A DNA stretch of 64,000 nt, from positions 151,396-215,395 of IMG/VR virus record IMGVR_UViG_3300018004_000004. The stretch is one strand, 5' to 3'. Each line of letters starts with the position of its first letter. Positions within the stretch are counted from its first letter, which is position 1. The notes below the pieces were generated by a model that searched no databases, was not told where the DNA came from, and saw nothing but the letters and a program-made list of their open reading frames with translations. Below are positions 58,275-64,000 of the stretch, piece by piece. A program made the position numbers and the translations under genes.

Positions 58275-59386
58275 GACATGGTTCCACAGTGGATGAGAGA
58301 TATGCAGGAAAGCTTCAGAGTGGGATGGCTTAGTCGTTATCCCTGGCGCTGGAGCTATCGCCTCTTCCACAGCAAGTACATCTTTTTTGGTTGTTACCAA
58401 GGAAAGCGGTACAAATGAAATACCTCTGGGAGTTGCTGGTATCTACCGTTCGCAACAATGGCCGGCCTATTCATACTCGGTGCCACCGCGTTTGGGATGG
58501 CCACGTGAAGAAGATATCAGGCGGACTGACCATTATGCACCCAACCATCGGATATTGGGTAAATGAGGGCCAGACGCTAAAAGAGCGAATGATCCCAGTT
58601 CGCATTATTTGCACAAAGAGCCAGTTTGTCGAAATATTGAAGATGACCCGAAAGTTCTACGAACAGACGGCCATCACCTGGTACCGGCTTTCGTCGGAAG
58701 CCGGTTTTTACGACGGAAACCAGGAAACCCTGCCTGAGTGAAAATCACAGAAAAGAGGAAAATAGCATGTTAGGCGACCGAGAGGTTATTCCCGGTACGA
58801 TGAAGATTCGTGTGTTTTACCCGAATCCGCTTCCGGGTACATATTCGGGAAGTCCGCTAGACGGTATTTCCATCGAATACAACGTGACGTACCTTTTCAA
58901 GAATGACCCGATTTACCACGAACTCGTGTTTGTGGACGATAAGAACGTAAGGCGCCAAATCATCGGTTTGCCTTATATCCTCGAGGAGATCCTTGAAAAG
59001 GCAGACGGAGTGGACGGACAACTCTAAGATTCTCAAGAAATGGACTGTAAGGAATGAAGGCTCTTCAGTCCAATATCGCGTTTGGAGCACTTTGCACTGC
59101 GGATTCATCAGATTCGAAAAGCTGAGGTGGCCAACGCGCGAGCCAAAATGGCCAAAGGCCCCGCATCGACTTTTTCTAACTAAAAGGCTATTTTGGAACT
59201 TTCTATGGCGAAGATTCGAAGTTTAAACCGCGTGGCCTACCCACTGCGGAGCAAATCGAGTCCATTGAGAGTAGCTAAGCGGAAACAGATACTAGGCTGG
59301 CGTTGTCCTCCCTGGTTTGTGTTCTGGCAGTTCACTCAGAGATGGCGTGAGTTTCAAACACCAAGAGGAAAGGAAATAGAACTAGG

Positions 59387-60460
59387 ATGATCAATACCAT
59401 CGCTTGTACGCCAGGTAAGCTCCCCAAGCTACTTGACTATCTGTACAAGTTGAAGTATGCTGCATTCTTGTGGGGCGAGCCTGGTGTAGGTAAGTCAATG
59501 TCCATCTGGGACTGGACTAAGGACAGAAAGATGAGACTGGAAGATATCCGGCTGACACAGTTGGATGGACCAGATCTCAGAGGTCTACAGTGGATCGATG
59601 AGAAGACTGGTATCACCCGGGCTTTCCGTCCGGAGTTCTTCCCGATCGAAGATGTCCCTGGCTGTATCTTCCTGGATGAGCTGACTGCCGCGGAACCGCG
59701 GATGCAAGCAACAGCATACCAGCTAGTCCTTGACCGTAAGATTGGCAAGTATGAACTTCCTTCTCAGTGGATGGTCCTGGGCGCCGGCAACAGTCCTGAG
59801 GATGGCGCCATCAGTTATAAGATGGGATCCGCATTGTCGGATCGCTTCGTCCACATCCACGTGGTGGCAGATCCTATTGACTGGGGTAACTGGGCAATGG
59901 AACACAATGTCCATGTCACAGTACTGGCTTTCATTCGTGTGAAGCCTCAGTTCCTTACCTGTGTCGGCGGCGTAGCGAAGACGAACCAGTTGATTGTTCC
60001 GTCTCCTCGTAGCTGGGCACGCGTCTCTGAAGTGATGCACACAGTAGAGGATAAGACATCCAACTCTATTCTTATCAATGGTATAGTGGGTGAAGCTGCC
60101 GCAGTAGAGTTCATCCATACCACTGAGGAGATCGGTGAGCTTCCGACCATGGAAGATCTGCTGAGCCACCAGAGGCCTGAGTTTGCAGTCAAGCACATCC
60201 CGAATAAGATTGCTTGTCTCTATGGTCTTGCTTATAGCATGGCTGCCTACGTTACGCGGCCGGACCAAATCAGCAAGGCTATGTTTATCTTTGACGCGCT
60301 CCGTCATAAGGTCACCAATCAGCCGGTGGCTGAGATCGAAACGCTGGCAAATGAAATGATCCTGGCAAAGGCGGTGAAACTTGGTATCATTGAACAGGTT
60401 GTCCGCACAGAGGGGTATCTTAACTACGCCCCGCGTGCCAAAGAAATCGTCCGAAGTTAA
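59387..60460 (+). CDS. MoxR-like AAA+ ATPase
   Basis: GEPGVGKS, DLRG, IFLDE, GAGN, ALSDRF, SPRSW. Confidence 0.92.
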   Translation: MINTIACTPGKLPKLLDYLYKLKYAAFLWGEPGVGKSMSIWDWTKDRKMRLEDIRLTQLDGPDLRGLQWIDEKTGITRAFRPEFFPIEDVPGCIFLDELTAAEPRMQATAYQLVLDRKIGKYELPSQWMVLGAGNSPEDGAISYKMGSALSDRFVHIHVVADPIDWGNWAMEHNVHVTVLAFIRVKPQFLTCVGGVAKTNQLIVPSPRSWARVSEVMHTVEDKTSNSILINGIVGEAAAVEFIHTTEEIGELPTMEDLLSHQRPEFAVKHIPNKIACLYGLAYSMAAYVTRPDQISKAMFIFDALRHKVTNQPVAEIETLANEMILAKAVKLGIIEQVVRTEGYLNYAPRAKEIVRS

Positions 60461-61691
60461 GAAGTCAGGGCTGAATCAGGACCAGAAGAAGGACATGGTC
60501 ACACTACTCATTCGAAGACTCGTTACTCGAGACTCCGGTGTAGCTGGCCTGGTTCTCTGGGTTCCGACGGCCCTGGGAAGAGACGATCAACATGCTTATG
60601 CGTACACAGACGGTACCTCTATATACTTCTGTGATCCATTCTTCACTGTCGACGAGTCCGTCCAATATGCGATCATCTTGCACGAACTCCTCCACATTGT
60701 ACTCCGACACGCACATCGGACCAGGCAAATACGGCTGTCTAAGGGAGATAAGTTTAGCCCGGACATCGCCAACGCTTGCGCGGATGCTATTGTCATACGC
60801 GCGATCATGCAGCAGAAAAAGATCGGACCGCTGTCTGTGGTCAATCCTTACATTATCACCGCTGAAAACCTTGTTAGTGCGGAGGATCTTAAGAAGGTCC
60901 CCGCTCCTCAGTGGACATTTGAAATGCTTTACAACTACGTCGAAAAGCGGGTTGATAAAGCAGTCCGTGACTTTATTAATCAGCATGCCAAAGAGTTAAG
61001 CGATGATCTCATCCCGCCGAACCAAGATTCAGCAGCTGATCCACACATGGATGAAGTCCAAACACGCGTATGGAAGGAACGACTTAAGCGTGCTGCTTAT
61101 GGTTCTGAGCCGGGGTCTTTTCTGCGCGAGGTTCTCAAGGACCTACCAGATTCTACGACGCCATGGGAAAAGCATTTCAGAGACTTCATGGTCTCACACG
61201 TCATGCCCACCACCTGTCTTGATTGGGGCCGCCCTTCACGACGACTACTTGCGTCAAAAGGAAGGCTTGGCTATTACGAACCAGGAATCCAGCGAGAGCT
61301 CGGAGTAAAGAGGGCTGGTATCTGTATTGATACCTCGGGCTCGATCGATGATCCTCTATTGCAGATCTTCATCGCCGAGACCAACTCCATTATGGAGCAG
61401 ACTGGGTGTTCGGTCGTTGTTATCTGTGCTGACGCCGCGGTCCAAAGCGTCCAGGTGTTCCAGCAATCCATAGACGCACACTATGAATGCAAGGGCGGAG
61501 GTGGAACTGATTTCCGGCCGGCATTGAAAGAGATGGAGAAGTATGACGTAGACTGTTGTGTCTACCTCACTGACATGGCCGGAACATTCCCGGATAAAGC
61601 TCCGCCCTTCCCTGTGATGTGGGCTACATGTGTTGATCAAGACCCTCCGTTTGGCCGCAAGGTCTACGTGGATCCATTGATAGGCCGATGA
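60435..61691 (+). CDS. DUF2201-type metallopeptidase plus VWA domain protein
   Basis: AYTDG, HELLH, NACAD, W.RPSRR, IDTSGSI, GGGGTDFRP, YLTD. Confidence 0.9.
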   Translation: MPKKSSEVKKSGLNQDQKKDMVTLLIRRLVTRDSGVAGLVLWVPTALGRDDQHAYAYTDGTSIYFCDPFFTVDESVQYAIILHELLHIVLRHAHRTRQIRLSKGDKFSPDIANACADAIVIRAIMQQKKIGPLSVVNPYIITAENLVSAEDLKKVPAPQWTFEMLYNYVEKRVDKAVRDFINQHAKELSDDLIPPNQDSAADPHMDEVQTRVWKERLKRAAYGSEPGSFLREVLKDLPDSTTPWEKHFRDFMVSHVMPTTCLDWGRPSRRLLASKGRLGYYEPGIQRELGVKRAGICIDTSGSIDDPLLQIFIAETNSIMEQTGCSVVVICADAAVQSVQVFQQSIDAHYECKGGGGTDFRPALKEMEKYDVDCCVYLTDMAGTFPDKAPPFPVMWATCVDQDPPFGRKVYVDPLIGR

Positions 61692-62169
61692 GTACAAGAG
61701 ATAGCATGCGACTGTTCGCCAAACTATCAACCATTCGATTCATATTTGTCGGATGGCTTTTGCGTACACGTGCTCCATATGTTAGACTGTGTTATCTGAG
61801 GCACAGGATCGATGGACACTGGTGAGCTTCGGAATAGGTAAGCGCTGTGGCAAGTGGTTGTTCATGCGACTGACCTGCAGCCGGTGGGTTTTCCGGGCCA
61901 GTGCTAGATTCAGGGTTGTCGAGAGATTTTATTCTCGATACAAACCTATGCGTTGTTCTTTATGTAGTGCAGGAGTGTCGCATGAAAGATCACTTTTATC
62001 TGATTACTGACTCAGTCGAAGACGACGTGCAAGGTAGTAAGGAGAATACTATCCGTGGCGCGCGCAAGACCAAGTCAGCAATGGAACATTCGTTAACTCC
62101 TAGTGGATGTCATGCTTCGGACGATGGACCCATGCCCGACGTGCACATCTACAGGATTGAGAGGATCGC

Positions 62170-62595
62170 TTGAAAGAACATATCACGGCAGCAGTAGAAG
62201 CATTGAAAGACTTCCGTCCCCGCGGCAACTACGTTGTCTGTGTCCCCTGGGATCTAGATGCAATGAAGATCCAGAAGGCAGAGAGCCAGGCGTTTAGCAT
62301 GGACGAAGCTGCCTATGTGCGAGAGGAACGTCTTCGTTTTGCAGTACTTAAGGTGGGCCCAGGTGATCATCAGGAAGGTACACTGCTTCCTATTGACCTT
62401 CATCCCGGCGATATTATTGTGACGAATGTCACATCTCAATGTTTGCGTGAGGACTTTGAACAACCTCGGTTCATCATCAACGGACAACCTATTTTCTTGT
62501 TTGATGGCCGCATGATTGATCATGCCTCCGGAGATATCTTCGGAGTAGTTGGACACACTGCCCTCACAGAAGCGGAGGAAAAGTTCGGTGTCTGA
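62170..62595 (+). CDS. GroES-like co-chaperonin
   Basis: FRPRGNYVV...AVLKVGPG...LLPIDLHPGDII...DIFGVV. Confidence 0.7.
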   Translation: MKEHITAAVEALKDFRPRGNYVVCVPWDLDAMKIQKAESQAFSMDEAAYVREERLRFAVLKVGPGDHQEGTLLPIDLHPGDIIVTNVTSQCLREDFEQPRFIINGQPIFLFDGRMIDHASGDIFGVVGHTALTEAEEKFGV

Positions 62596-63688
62596 TGAGA
62601 AGCATGTCGCCTTATTTTACAAAGAGGGGACGTCTGACAAAGAGTATCATGTTCATCTTGTCCCCAAAGGAACGGGATACGTTGTTCGCATCGAATACGG
62701 GCGACGCGGTAGTTCGCTCACGAGTTCAGACAAAACTCCTAGCCCGGTGGATCTGGACACGGCGAACGCCATATTCGATAAACAAGTGCACGAGAAAAAA
62801 CTCAAGGGGTATTCTGAGGGTGCTGGTCAGGCGCCTTATGTGGGTAGTGACAAGGAGGATAAGATCTCAGGCTACCTGCCTCAGCTCTTGAACCCTATCG
62901 ATGATGCACTGGTGGAGTATTACTTCAAGAATAAGACATATTGTCTCCAAGAGAAGAAGGATGGCAAAAGGATTATACTCAAACGCACGGGTAAAACCGT
63001 TGAAGCCATCAATCGTAAGGGCCTTTATGTCGGTTTCGCTGCGAGCATTGAACAAGCAGCGCTTGCTCTACAGGGAGATTATGTAATCGATGGAGAGATG
63101 ATCGGAGAGGTCTACTATGCCTTCGATATTCTGGCCGCCAGCAAGAAAGGATCGGCCGCCAAGGACACTACTCAGCTGCCTTATGAGGAGCGATACGATA
63201 TTCTATCTGAGCTACTCGAGGATGCTGATGCAGCTATTCAAGTTGTGCCAGCCGCCTTCACTGAAGCTAAGAAGCGTATCCTCTTCAACAAGCTTAAGGA
63301 CCAAGGAGTAGAGGGTGTTGTCTTCAAAGATATCACCGCTCTCTATGTGCCTGGGCGTCCAGCCAGCAAGGGACCCCAGACTAAGTACAAGTTCACTCAG
63401 ACTTGCACTTGCCAGGTCACAGCGGTCAATGAGAAAGGAAAGCGAAGTGTCTATATCGCGTGTCTCGACGGCACTACATTGGTGGAAGTGGGAAAGGTTA
63501 CTATTCTACCGAACTTCCCTGTCCCTAAAGTTGGGACCCTTGTGGAGGTCAAGTATCTTTATAGGCACGTCCACGGTGCCTTGTACCAACCGATATATCT
63601 TGGCGAAAGGGACGACATCGACCAAGCTGATCAAGTTTCTACGCTTAAAATCAAAGAAGGAGTTGACCTAGATGACGATGAGAGCTAG
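62588..63688 (+). CDS. WGR domain plus ATP-dependent DNA ligase
   Basis: EGTSDKEY...YGRRGS...EKKLKGY; QEKKDG, IDGE, YAFDIL, EGVVFK, KYKF, OB with EVKY...LYQP. Confidence 0.88.
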   Translation: MSDEKHVALFYKEGTSDKEYHVHLVPKGTGYVVRIEYGRRGSSLTSSDKTPSPVDLDTANAIFDKQVHEKKLKGYSEGAGQAPYVGSDKEDKISGYLPQLLNPIDDALVEYYFKNKTYCLQEKKDGKRIILKRTGKTVEAINRKGLYVGFAASIEQAALALQGDYVIDGEMIGEVYYAFDILAASKKGSAAKDTTQLPYEERYDILSELLEDADAAIQVVPAAFTEAKKRILFNKLKDQGVEGVVFKDITALYVPGRPASKGPQTKYKFTQTCTCQVTAVNEKGKRSVYIACLDGTTLVEVGKVTILPNFPVPKVGTLVEVKYLYRHVHGALYQPIYLGERDDIDQADQVSTLKIKEGVDLDDDES

Positions 63689-64000
63689 GATGTACATAGA
63701 AATGAAGGGGTTACGCCGGAAGGCTCGGCGGCTGACAAAGGAACTGTCAAAGCGGTTCCATGCCCCAGGCCCCAAGACCTCTGAGTGGTTGGCCACCGAA
63801 GACGAGCTGGCTATCACCATGAAGTCTATTACTCGCTTGCGGAACCAGTGGGCATGCCGATAAAGCGATCCTCGCTTGGCCTGGAAGTGGTCATTAGGAC
63901 CCTCCAGAAGGCTGTCAGAGACACGAACGACCTGTACCTGGATGTTTATGCTAACGAGCAGCTAGGGCAGCACTCAGCGGCTCTCAGCACGATTATGAGG

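Noticed and set aside
1-64000. Alternative genetic code (stop-codon recoding)
   Set aside because: Recognisable genes are full length in code 11 and end at TAG, TGA and TAA; no suppressor tRNA was seen.

Overview
This window looks like 64 kb of a large tailed dsDNA phage genome in the standard genetic code. Two protein families weakly suggest an Acidobacteriota-like host. Positions 1-10.6 kb form a minus-strand virion/late module (collagen-like fibre, ASH/Ig-like protein, Gly/Ala-rich proteins, Endo VII-type nuclease, a three-member paralog family). From ~10.9 kb to the end everything is on the plus strand. That arm starts with small early ORFs, a 970-aa single-chain two-barrel RNA polymerase (YonO/cellular-RdRP type) with a variant DxDD catalytic motif, and a DNA ligase with a rearranged LigD phosphoesterase domain. 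It continues with a large RNA-repair/tRNA toolkit: PNKP, two RNA ligases, Thg1-like, TrmH-like, RlmN-like, NADAR, phosphoesterase, cyclic-phosphate receiver and six tRNAs. SSB, peptide deformylase, MoxR/VWA, a GroES-like protein and a WGR-ligase follow. The standout is a divergent, minimised RNase P RNA gene at 52711-53353, with helices P1-P9, P15-P17 and P19 base-pairing by eye and a compensated P4. Its P18 position is replaced by a complete HNH endonuclease ORF whose stop codon is the conserved J18/2 UAG. Four of the six tRNA genes contain the stop codon of the upstream CDS. An unassigned ~160-nt multi-helix RNA lies at 16895-17054. All assignments come from motif recognition and manual base-pairing; no searches were run.
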